From Octopus bimaculoides (lineage: Eukaryota), in assembly GCF_001194135.2 (NCBI RefSeq), contig NC_068983.1:101875144-101920080 (forward strand): DNA of 44,937 nt. Reading direction: 5' to 3'. The notes under the pieces are model-generated. The model had not been told where the DNA came from and did no database searches. It worked only from the letters and a program-made list of their open reading frames with translations. The position numbers and the translations under genes were made by a program. This document shows positions 26,101 to 39,100 of this stretch, piece after piece; the stretch's first letter is position 1; each line of letters starts with the position of its first letter.

Positions 26101-29100
26101 CTGTATATTTTAGCCACACCTTCAGGGACATATTACACAAGGCTATTTTCTGCTATTTGACCAAAAATGAGGCTCTTGACAAGAACTACTACCTTGGGTG
26201 TTATGAACTTGGGAGTAGTATGACCAAGAGCTAACTCCATATTCCCCCAAATTCCTGAACTCTCGACCCGGGGTTTTACCACTGAATGCATTTTACTGTC
26301 TTGACCAAGAAACTGGAGAATACAAAGAGAAGATATGACAACCTTATCAGCTGGTTACAGAAAGACAACCTCCCATAACTTGTGAATTTGTCCATAATTG
26401 TTGATGCCCATAGACAAGACACAAAGAAAAAGAAAATTACTCCAAATATTGTCATCTTTGTTAACATCATCATTTACATCTGATTTTCTATGCTGGCACA
26501 AATTGAACAGGCTATCATAGACTGGATTAGTTCATATTTGGAGTTATTGTCCTAGATAAATCAGGGATCCCATCTTACTTGTACATTCTATTTTTGGTTT
26601 TACTATGCTTGAATGCTCTTCTATAATAAACCACTTTATAGAATGTTCTGGCTGCTTTCTATCAAAGCAGTGACTCTCATGTCCTAAGCAAGACTAGAGA
26701 ACTCTAGCTAGCTTTCATTGTCTTTGTTTGTTCATTTGCCAACCATTTCACATGTCGTTAGAAATGCCAAAATATTCTCTCTAATCTACATGTCTGTTTC
26801 TTCACCAACCCTGGCTGATAGAAAAAAAGATTGATGACAGAGAACCAGATAAGATGGTAGATGAGAGGAGGAGGAGAGAGAGAGGGGGGAGAGATAAGAA
26901 GGGGAGAGATAGGAAAGGGAAATAAGAAAGAGATAAAAGAGAAGAGAGGGGGAAATGTAATAGACAGCTACATGAAGACTGTTAGCAAAGAGAGTGAATA
27001 GCTTGAGCAGTATGATGATGGGAGTGACAGAAGGGAGAGGTTATAGAAGAGAGAATAGTGGAAGGGAGAGGTTATAGAAGAGAGAATAGTGGAAGGGAGA
27101 GAGTGATGAGAAAGAAAGGGAACTGGGGGAGAAGAGAGAGTGATGGATACCAACAATGAATGACAAAAGAATGTCTGAGGTAGTGATGAGAAGGATGGAT
27201 GCCAATAATGAATAAGAGGGAATAAATGGAGAGAGAGAGAGAGAGAGGGAATGATGGTTAGCAATAAAGAAGGGAAGGTGGCAAAAGAGGGGATTAACAG
27301 ACAGAGGTAATGTAATGACATCTCTCATTACCCAAGCAGTATGATGGAAAAGATATAGTGGAGGAGGGGGTAAGTGATAAATGAGAATAATGAAGAGAGG
27401 AGGAGAATAGTAGATGGAGAGTCCCCAACCATTAAATTTACAATTAAACATAATGGTTGGGGCAGACCCAAATAAAGATATTATACATCCCAATCTTCAG
27501 TACCAACCTCATGGATTTTTTTCAAATCCATTAGCAATGTAGGTAAGGTAGCTGTAATGGGAACCTCCAGGTTTCAGAGTAATTACAGTTTCAAAAATAA
27601 GATACAACATATTCTTTTAAATATGATATAATTACAAGCTGAAACTTCACAAGTTGTTATTCTAAATTTCCAATTGCTAATCTTCAGGTGATTATGGAAA
27701 ATGGAACATAGAATTTAAATATAAATAAAATGTACAGAAAAAAAAAATTCTTAATAACATAGCAAGCACTGGTTGGTTAGTAGAAAATAACAAAAGAATA
27801 CTATTGGCTGATTAGATCACCAATGACTGCTGTTTGAAAAATCCTAAAAAAATAAACCTTTGATAATGGCAAAATGAAAATAATGCTATAAAATGGTTTG
27901 TACTATACAAGAAAATATATAATCTTTTCTACTCTAGGCACAAGGCCTGAAAATTTTGGGGAGGGGGCCAGTCGATTAGATCGACCTCAGTATGCAACTG
28001 GTACTTAATTTATCAACCCCAAAAGGATGAAAGGCAAAGTTGACCTCAGCAGAATTTGAACTCAGAACATAAAGACAGACGAAATAGCGCTAAGCATTTC
28101 ACCCGGTGTACTAACGTTTCTGCCAGCTCACCATCTTACAAGAAAATATATAATATAAAAACAATGTATGAGCATATGTGAAAAAGTATGAAATGACAAA
28201 TTCAAGGCAAAAATGAAATTTGTAATAGTTAAAAAGCAGTAGTCTTTAAACAGAGATATTAGAAAAAGTCAGTGAGGAAAATATTTCTATCATTGTAATT
28301 CAATGATTATAATTTGGTTGCTTTGATTTAATTGCTTGGAGGATTGAAGTCATGAAGTAAATACTTTATAGAATGTCTGAAGAATGAAGCCTTTTGATCA
28401 CTCTTGTAAACCACTGTCATTTGAAACAGGATTACCAACTTTTAATTTAAACAAAACCAGCAGTGCAGATTTGATTGGAAATTCAAATGGTATGGTATGA
28501 TGGTATGATTAAGAATTGGTAATTAAATTTCAAACACAACAGATCCTGCTTCTTCAAACCAAGATATACTTAGACAAAGTTGTCCCATATTCTTAAAGAT
28601 TTTTTAAATGTGAGTTATGTTGATACAGAATTGTTCTTATGAGACACTTTGGCTAGATAAATATAAGAGTAATAATTGTAGTTATGGAAAACTTCAGCAA
28701 ATAAGACCAAATGTTTTAAAGACAATCATCATTAATACAATTACTATAAATAATGAAGCTACAAGTTAGAAAAGTGTTTAATATTACAACTAGATAGTTT
28801 TAGGGAGTTAAAAATTGTTGATTGCACCTAAAACAATAGCTGACTTTAATTGCAGTCCTATTAAGAACTCCTAATAAAATGTACCATAAAAACCCATGTA
28901 ATTAATTTGCGTACCCATATAATTTACACAGGTGATTCTCAGGATAAAATTTGTTAAAAAAAAAGCTTCTACTTATGGAAAATTTGCACCTAAAAGTTTT
29001 GAGAATTGCTGATATAGCCAGGGGGGAAAGTTTTCAATTTAGTTGTACTTAATATAATTTTACTTACTTCTGATTAGATTTTATTAAATTTTCCTTAAAT

Positions 29101-31546
29101 AAAAATAATTTCTGTTTAACAGGTATCACATTGAAAGGTATTAAATCATAAAGTGTTTGTTGTTTATAATAAACTTTATTTTACATTTCTTGCCAACAAG
29201 AGATTATGTCTGATCTTTAGCATACTGCTGTATATCTTGACAAATCACAACCACAGGAAAAGTTGTTGATGAGAATTACCAACAAAAACAAAGCTGATAA
29301 ATATGCATAAGTGTTGCAAATTAAGTTTAATTACCAATAAACATCAGCTTGGATGACACTTTACTCAACCAACAGGGAAAGGTGGCTGATCAAGCTGATT
29401 ATGTAAACAGAATTCTTTTCCGCCTATTCTTGCCAGAACCTTTGATACGGAGTATTGAAATTTTAACCCCTTTCACACATATAAAATGTCGAGCAAACTT
29501 TAAAATTTGTCATTACTATTATTGTCAGTATGGGCAAAACTTATGAATCATTTACTGTGAAAGAGAAATTAAATATGTGCTCCATTGTGATAGGTAGAAT
29601 CTCCAAGCAATGTAAAATATGGCCTGGACCAGGTTAACAGCATGAAGTCAGACTTCAAAAACTAGTTAACCATTTGGTGAGTTTTAGTAAATTTATACAG
29701 AAAAAGTAAGCATTATACTGTCCAGCATAAATAAAAACCTATTCCGACATTAAATGAGTCAACTTCCGATACAAATGTTTGTTTTGTACATCTTTTCTCA
29801 ATAAAAAAAAGTTTCAAAACAAATTCTGGAAATGATCTACATATGTAATTTAGGCACCCGCTAAAGTTTATTTTTACTTTCGCAAAAAAAGTGCATAAAT
29901 TACATGGGGTTTTATGGTAAATGGAAAGAAATTAAATCTGAGAAGTCTTCAGAAACATAATGGACATTTATACTAAATGCTGAGTATTTCTTAGAGTATT
30001 TTATGCTTAGGAACATTAGTAAAGAATATTTAGTGTATTTTATGTTTGAAAGCATTATTATGAAATCTCAGTAAGTGTGTACACATTTAGATTCTCAAAT
30101 TCTGTCATAAAACAGTAAGAAGTGAAGATGAATCTATGAACTTCATAAGCAACTAATGCTACAAAACTTACTGGAAAGCAAATGTGCTGCCATGTCTGTC
30201 TCTTGCTGTACGGAATATTTCTTCTTTCGCTGGTGCTGCACTGAGCAGTAAAAACTGGTGGTTGGTATGCATAAATGTCAGTTGCTGAAACAGAATAAGA
30301 AATTCAGTTACTTAATTTCAAGTGTAAGACAATCACTGAGAAATAAATTAGAGATATATCACAGCTATATTTCTGTTAATAGTGCACAGTTATTTTCTTT
30401 TAAAAAAAAAAAATTTCTTTTCAATAAATCTTGTAAACTTGGTTAAAATTTCACATCTGGAAGAACCATTATTACATAGGAATATCATAATGGAAGATGA
30501 AATGCAGTGAATTGTGTTAGTGACAGCATTGCAGAAGTGTTATGATATGTCTGGTACACCATAGCAGACTGTACTATTAAAAGATAAAGGTAAAGTGAAT
30601 GCAAGAGTTTCTATGATGTCATTGTTTCACTTTCAACATGGTTTCAGATCAAGTCACTTGCCAAATAACTATAACTTCAAAATCATCAACAATATTTCTA
30701 CTAAAGATTCTTTCTTCTAAATAGGATAGGTGTAGTTGCATAGTTGAGAGGTCAGCTTCCCAATCACAGTGGGCTCAATCCCATTGTATGGCACTTTGGA
30801 CAAGTATCTTCTACTATAGTCTTGTGAGTGGATTTGATAGACAGAAACTGAAAGAAGCCCACTGTGTGTGTATATATAATGAAATATTATATCAATTGAG
30901 TAAAATATATCAATTTTGTTTGCAAATTACATAAAATATTCGTTTCTTGTGCAAAATGCTAATTTTTTTCATGGAAAAATCAAATATTACATTTTGCTGA
31001 GGATTATAGACACCACTAATCCCACCAGAGTTTAAAAAAACAATTGCATTTCTTTTCATACAGATAAACTTTTCAATAACAAAAATAAAACTGAATAATA
31101 ATTTACTTACATCTGTTGGAGGCAGTTTTACTATATGGGATCTGTTACTTGTGATAATCCTGAAAACAACATTGGAAAGGAATACTTAGCAGACATGCAA
31201 AATATAATATAAAAGAGCAAGATTATCTTATGATAGTTACTTGCACAAATTTTGATATGACTAAAACAGGCTGAGAATTGCAATAACTCTATGACTATTC
31301 AGCTTTTAGGATAGCTCACATCTTCCAAAACATCTTAAAGATATGATTTTAATAAAAATGTTTAGGCAAAGGTATTGCTGTGTGGTAAGAAGTTTGTTTC
31401 CCAACCACGTGGTTCCAGATTCAGTACCACTGTGTGGCATCTTGCGCAAGTGTCTTCTACTATAGCCTCAGGCTAACCAAAGCCTTGTGAGTGAATTTGG
31501 TAGATGGAAACTGAAAGGAACTCCATTATGTGTGTGTGTGTATAAA

Positions 31547-31586
<40 letters not shown>

Positions 31587-34500
31587 TGTTTATCCCCCAC
31601 CACTGTTTAACAACCAGTGTCGGTGTGCTTATGTTCCCATGGTTTAATGATTCAGCATAAGAGACTGATAGAATAAGCTTTAAAAAGCTTTAAAAAAGAA
31701 TAAGTACCAAGCTTTAAAAAAAAAAAAAAAGTACTGGGGTTGATTCATTTGGCAAAAATTTTCGAAGTGTTGCCCCAGCATGGCTACAATCTAATGACTG
31801 AAGCAAATAAAAAAAAAACAGGCAATCTCCCAAAACAATTGACTGAGAAATCAATTCAGTTAGAATGCTGGTCAAATAGTATTTTCTTATATTCTAATGT
31901 ATAATTGTATAATAACAATTTTATAAAGCTTAAGCAGTGAGAATTTCTTTTATCAGTCACCAACAGTGTGTAGTTTTGAGCTGTCTGCAGTACATTTTAA
32001 TCCTTTAGTATTTAATTCAGCTATATCCATCCAAAATATTCTACCCCTTTATGTTCAAACTGGCCAAATCCAGCCTCTCACACCAACCCTTTCATATCAT
32101 TCTAAAATTAAGCCACATCGTCTAAGTCTCAAAGTTATGAGATAGTGCATGGTTAATTCAAAACAATGTAAATAAATAAGTATTACATTTGACAAAGTAA
32201 TCTGAGTGTTAAAGGATTAAAGTTGTTGGAAGTCACTATGTGACACTCTGTCCCATTTATTTGTAATGAAGGTGAATCAGACTAGAGTGAGATTTAGTTG
32301 TATCATGATGCAAAGACTTACCATTGCAACAATGGATAAGCTAAACGGTTCCTTTCATCCATAATTTTCTGTAAATCTTTCCCAGAGTTCCATAACATCT
32401 CTGACATTGTTGGAAACACTTTTAAAATAGATTTCACTTTTTTGTAGTCTTTATGCTGTAAGAAAGATTGGATTATTGAACAGAAGAGAAAAGGAATGAG
32501 GGGTAGAGGGAAGAAGAAAAACAAAACAATTAAAAATAACTGTTTCAGGGGTTAACTGAAATTAAACTAAGTTTCATTATTGTATTTGGTTTGCAAGATA
32601 TTTGATACAAACTCATATGTTGAAACAGATTTGTTGCATCTTGAGAGAGTCATTATATCAATAATAAACATATTTCACTTCTATTGATCAGTTTATTAAC
32701 ATTGAACCAATTAGTTGATTATTGTGGTGCTGCAGGAGTTATCTGAGTGTCTGCAGTTGTTGTAGGTGGGTGTGTAGTTTCTTTGTTATCTTGTTTTGGT
32801 GCAGGACAAGATGTCTCGCCTCTGTGACTTCTTTTTGGTTTTTTGGATTTACTCTGTTCCTCCTCCTCATCACTTTTTGATATAGTAGAACTAGTGTCTG
32901 TTGCAACCTCCTCCTCTCTGTGTGGAAGTGGATTCATGTTTGTATGTGTATCTTTTTCTGCGTGTTTGTTTGTGAGAGGTGGGGGTTGTTGAACTTGGTT
33001 GCAAGGTGTTGGTTTTTGTGGTTGATCTTTCAAATGGTTTGCCTCTTGGTGCTGTTGTTACCACCACTGCCATTATTGCTATTTTTGCTGCTTTCCCAGT
33101 TGTTGGTGGTGGTGATCTTTCTACAGCTGGTGCTGTTTTTTGTTTTCCCAGCCTTGGTATTGGTGTCAACGGAGGTCCACGGACCCATGTACCTTTTCAT
33201 TGAGGGCAGTGTGTTTGTAAATGTGTTGCTTCACCACAAGCAAAGTAATGAGGCCTTTTGCCCTTGGTGATCAAAGGTAATTTCATCCCATCCTTGAGGT
33301 GGATATGGTTTGGGATACTCTTCAAGTCTTGTGGTTTTATTTGGATTAGCATTTCCAAATCCATCCCAACCCAGTCTTCTCTTTGCATCCATTGAACTTT
33401 TAGGAGGAGGGTGTCACTGTCCTCTGTGATCACACATCCCACGAGCCACCATATATTGATACTTGGTGTTATTCTGGGGACTCAAACTTTTATTGCTCTT
33501 CAGCCCATGTAGGATGGGTACATCATAAGCTGGTTAGTTTTACGGGGTCCCACTAAACGCTTCATGGCTAGCTCTTCTGTTTTAAAAAGGACTGAGATGG
33601 TACCAAAACTTCAGGCCTTTTGAATGAATTTGACATCCCCTCTGATTGATCTCAGTGCCATCTCCATCTGAAGGTGGGAGGGTTGTTCTGCTCTGCGAAA
33701 CAGCACCGAGATGCACCTATACTTCACTGCTCTCTTCTCAATTTTTACCTCCACTTCAGCTGGCATTGCAAGGTTTGCCCAGGTTTTTTTCTCTTTTTCT
33801 GAGTTTGTGGGCCAGGGCTAACATCTCTTTTTTGTTAGAGATGACTATCTCATAGTACTTTTGTTGGTATTTTGCAGCTGCTGCTGCAAAAGTACTTGTT
33901 CTGCTCTCACTGTTAATGGTGGTGGTGGTGGTGGAATCATTCATGTTGTTACTGCTATTGTTGTTACTTCCATATACACCCGCCTCTCTGTTGCTGGTGT
34001 TGACGTTGGTATTGGTTGTATTCTCTTTGATGTTTTTGCTGTCATTATTTATTCTGTTATTGTTTTCTGTTAAGCTTCTCTGCTCTGTGTTGTTGGAGTT
34101 GTTATTTTCTGTGTTGTTATTAGTTATCATGGTATTTTCCACATTATTTTTGTTTGGGAAGTTGGCAGTTACATTTTTTTGTTGTCTGTTCAACGATTGA
34201 GAGATTGTGTGTTATCCATTCTATCACTTTTCTCTGTTGTAATACTTCTTTGTTCTTTGTGGTTAATTTTATCACTGTCCATAGAGTCTGTGGTGCTTTT
34301 GGATTTGTTATCAATTTTGTCCTCAAAATTGTTACTTGTGTCTGCGAAAATTACATTTCCATGACTTTTCCTGCTGTCACAAACTGGTTCGTTTTGCGTT
34401 AGAAAGTTACAGCCCTCCATGCCATTTTTCACTTCCGAACATATATTACATTTCGCAAATACTTATATTTGGGCACAAGGCCCAAATATTATTTAGTTCC

Positions 34501-36108
34501 TTTTTCTGGGGATAAAGACTATTGCCTTATGCTCCCTTTTAAACGATAATATCAATGAAGACAGTAGTTTTGATAAAAATACCTGTTAAGCTCCCACCAA
34601 TGTTCTAGCCTTCCAACCGGAAGTGTAATAATAATAATGATGATGATGATGATGATGATGATAATGATGATGATGATGATGATAATAACAGAGAAATAGA
34701 AGCAGTGCATGGGTTTATTATTGGCATAATGACCCTCCTGAGATACAGCCAAAAATATCTAGGGCAATAACCGAAATTAGTAACCATTTTGTAAAAAACT
34801 AACACAAGGAATTGATATAGAAACAACTTAGATAAAAAGTGTATATAAAGTAATAAATATTAAAAAATTCAAGAAAAAATGTGAATATTCAAAATGCTCA
34901 AGGGAAAACAAACAAAAATTTTCACATATTATTCACATAAAATGACATTACCTTAGGATGAAGGCCAAACTCTGTGGGTTTTTCTGGATCTATGATTGTA
35001 GGATAAGGGTTAAAGATGATATCACGGCGGTTAGATTTGCAGGCAGCTTTTGTCATTGATATTAACAAGTCAACAACCTGTAAGAAGTTATTAGAATTAA
35101 TTGTAAGAATGCTACTTCAAATGACAATAGCAATGGATTTCACAGGAGGGCTTCAATCAGAAAACCACTACTTTCAAAAACAAACATTGCAAAGCATTTA
35201 GAGTGGAGTAAAAACCTACAAAATTGGTCCCTAGAGCAGTGGAAGGTTGTTATTTTCTCAGACGAGTCATCCTTTACCCTATTTCCGACCACCACACTAT
35301 ATGTGTGGAGACAGCCAAAAGAAGCATTTGACCCAGACTGTCTTCTTCCAACTGTTAAACATGGAGGAGGATCTGTGATGATCTTGTGGGGCTATATCTT
35401 GGAAATCCACCGAGCCAATGGTTTCCTTTCATTGCAGAATTAATAGTCAAGACCATTATGGTGCATTTTAGAAAAACAAATAAGGAGTCGATATCCTCCA
35501 CCATCATCACTACAAGAACTGGAGACTGTTTTAGCTGAAGAATGGACAAAAATTCCTTTGGAAACAATTCAAACTTTGTACAAGTCCATACCTGGTAGAA
35601 TTCAAGCTGTAATTACTGCCAAAGGCAGTCTTACCCCATATCAAAATAAATTTGTTTGAAATTTTAGGGTGTTTCCATTATTTTGTCCAACCCTTGTATA
35701 TATATATATATNNNNNNNNNNNNNNNNNNNNNNNNNNNNNNNNNNNNNNNNNNNNNNNNNNNNNNNNNNNNNNNNNNNNNNNNNNNNNNNNNNNNNNNNN
35801 NNNNNNNNNNNNNNNNNNNNNNNNNNNNNNNNNNNNNNNNNNNNNNNNNNNNNNNNNNNNNNNNNNNNNNNNNNNNNNNNNNNNNNNNNNNNNNNNNNNN
35901 NNNNNNNNNNNNNNNNNNNNNNNNNNNNNNNNNNNNNNNNNNNNNNNNNNNNNNNNNNNNNNNNNNNNNNNNNNNNNNNNNNNNNNNNNNNNNNNNNNNN
36001 NNNNNNNNNNNNNNNNNNNNNNNNNNNNNNNNNNNNNNNNNNNNNNNNNNNNNNNNNNNNNNNNNNNNNNNNNNNNNNNNNNNNNNNNNNNNNNNNNNNN
36101 NNNNNNNN

Positions 36109-36149
<41 letters not shown>

Positions 36150-39100
36150 GGTGCAGCCTTCTGGCTTGCCAGTCCTCAGTCAAATCGTCCAACCCATGCT
36201 AGCATGGAAAGCAGACGTTAAACGATGATGATGATGATGATATTTGAAAAAGGAAAAAGAATGACTTCACTGGTTGGGTAGATCTAGCAATAAGTGAAAA
36301 TTATATAACAATTCATAGAATGTATGAATGAATCTTCTTGGAGTTTTAACTCCCAGATTATTTTAAGAAAAGGTATTATTAAGACATCTATACTTTACTA
36401 TGATATTACATAATACTAATATACCCCTCCCCCCACAAACAAACAAACATACATACATATATTTGCAAACATTGTACAACATAATATTAGATGATACCTC
36501 ACAACAGTCCGCTTTATACTTATGCATTTGAAATACAAATCCTTGAGGATACCTTTCTCCAAGATTAATAAAAGTGAGACCACTGTAGTTATTTCCTTAA
36601 CTCTCCCCTCTCCTCAACAAAAATTAACTTAATATAGTATCTGGGTTAGAGGAAAAGCATTTATTGGATTGGAAGGTGTAGGTTTGGGTAAGGATAAAAC
36701 ATATTAAGCAAGTCTAGAAAGGTAGAGATATTTCATTTCCCATGACACTAGGCTTACCTCAGCACCAGTATCCATGGCAGTGGTGGCAGTACTCATTACA
36801 CCAAGGTCTTGGAAAGCAAAAGAACACAACTCTCGAGCACAGACAGCAGGCTGGAAATGATTAAAAAAAAATTTTGTAAGATAAAAATGCTAAGAGTATT
36901 TTCTTGAGGAGGAAAAATCTTTTGAAAAGTTATTTCTATTTCTTTAGTTTTACATTAAATTTCCTTTCTAATTTAAATGGATATTCAAGCCAAATGATGC
37001 TCAATTATCTAAATACAAGCGTATAAATATATTTTGCTTGCATTTGAAATTACAATTACAATCCTTAAAAACTGGAAGCAAACATTACAATCTTTCAGAA
37101 AGTGAAACAGTACAACACTAATTATTTTATTATTGAATAAATATTCCTTATTGTTTTCGTTATTTTGCTCAGATAATGCAGCAAGCTATTAGTATAGTTA
37201 ATGCATCAGACAAAAGACTTAGCAGCATTTCTTTTGGCTCTTTACATTCTGAGTTCAAATCCTGCTGAAGTCAATTTTGCCTGGCATCTTTTTGGGGTTG
37301 ATGAAATAAAGTACCAGTCAAGCACTGGAGTTGAGGTAATCGACTTGCTTCTCACTACTCAAATTACTGGCATTGTGCTAAAAAATTTGAAAGAATTATT
37401 TTGCTCAGATATTCTATAATAGAGTAGAAGTTAATCGTGTGGTTAATTTTTGATATGGGAACAATTTGTTTGGACAATGGTTTCATTTGGAACAAAAGAA
37501 GGAAAAAAAACTTCCAGAGTTTAAATCAACAAACTGTATATTAGCAATACCACAAAAGTGGGGAGAACTTCTAAAGTTTAATTCAACAAACTCTATATTA
37601 GCAATATGATTGTTCCACTTACCTGTAGCATTGACCCGTTTTGAAACAAATGGGCTTGATCACAAACAACACAATATTCATTTAATGTTGGTATACGTTG
37701 GCGAGTATACAAATAAACCTTATAACAAGATGAAAATAGATTATTTAGACCACACATGATTATATTATGAGGATAGAAAATACTACTATATCTTGATAAT
37801 GAACTTTATCTCCTTATGACTATGAAAATAGGGATTTTTATAACATTGCAAAACCTATTTGTCAATTAGAATAACTGAAATGAGAAATTTATCTTAAAAA
37901 CCATATCTATTTTTCCATGTGCTTCATCATACAATGTTGGGACAGTAATTTAAAATTAGAAGTCCATAAAGAGAGAAGTCAGTGTACAATGTTGAAGCCT
38001 ACTTTATAACTGGCTAGTTATGCATGAATAAGGTGGGGTTGCAGAAAATGAAAATATACTGCTAAAATTACTTTCATTTTTGACGAATTCTGCATAAAGA
38101 GTCACTGCTAAATCTATTTTCTCTCATTTTAGATGACAGAAAAAATAAAATGATTATAAAGAAAGAAAGACAGAAAGGAAAAAAAAAGAAAACCCATAAG
38201 AGGAGGAGTGCGTAATCAAAGTTTTTGTAGACTCTTTGATAGAATCACTGAAATAACTGGATGGAATTTGTAATATCTTCTTATATTTAACACTAGCAGT
38301 ATAACCCGACGTTGTCCAGGTGTGATTTATTACGCCATCTACAATAAGTCTAAAAAAGAAAGCCTTACAACGAAAAACTCTTATGATGTAAATATGTTCA
38401 TAATTCAAAAGATGATGAAATTAATAGGGAAAGTCTGAAGGCTGTTTTGCGTAACATTATTAAGTGTACGTAAATTTTATCCGTCTAATTGGCTATACAA
38501 ATGCTTGTGCAAAACAACTTTTTGCGCTGCCCTGATTATACATAGCAGAGTAATTCCTTTTCACAGGAGCTAGGACGGCAATTTCTGATGAAGCAATTGC
38601 TGGTGATCTGTTGCTACACAGTTCTGCCAGAATTGTATCAGATTGGGCAGTACATGTTGATGCACCATTTTGCATTATGTTCAAAGTAGCTTCTGGAATG
38701 TGTTGAATNNNNNNNNNNAGATGATGAAATTAATAGGGAAAGTCTGAAGGCTGTTTTGCGTAACATTATTAAGTGTACGTAAATTTTATCCGTCTAATTG
38801 GCTATACAAATGCTTGTGCAAAACAACTTTTTGCGCTGCCCTGATTATACATAGCAGAGTAATTCCTTTTCACAGGAGCTAGGACGGCAATTTCTGATGA
38901 AGCAATTGCTGGTGATCTGTTGCTACACAGTTCTGCCAGAATTGTATCAGATTGGGCAGTACATGTTGATGCACCATTTTGCATTATGTTCAAAGTAGCT
39001 TCTGGAATGTGTTGAATTGATGCAGTCTGTTGCTGTCTTTTTAAACTGGTTGCTTTCTTTCCCCAGAAAGTTGTCTTGTTTGGAGGCATAATCTATGTAC

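Noticed and set aside
29345-29397. Box C/D snoRNA-like GGATGA...CTGA with a terminal stem
   Set aside because: Box C is non-canonical, the K-turn geometry is wrong, it is too short, and it lies within a transposon.
38410-39017. Exact 299-bp tandem duplication (38410-38708 and 38719-39017), giving two copies of the same ORF end
   Set aside because: The copies are identical and separated by a 10-N gap, which is typical of unmerged overlapping contig ends (assembly artefact).
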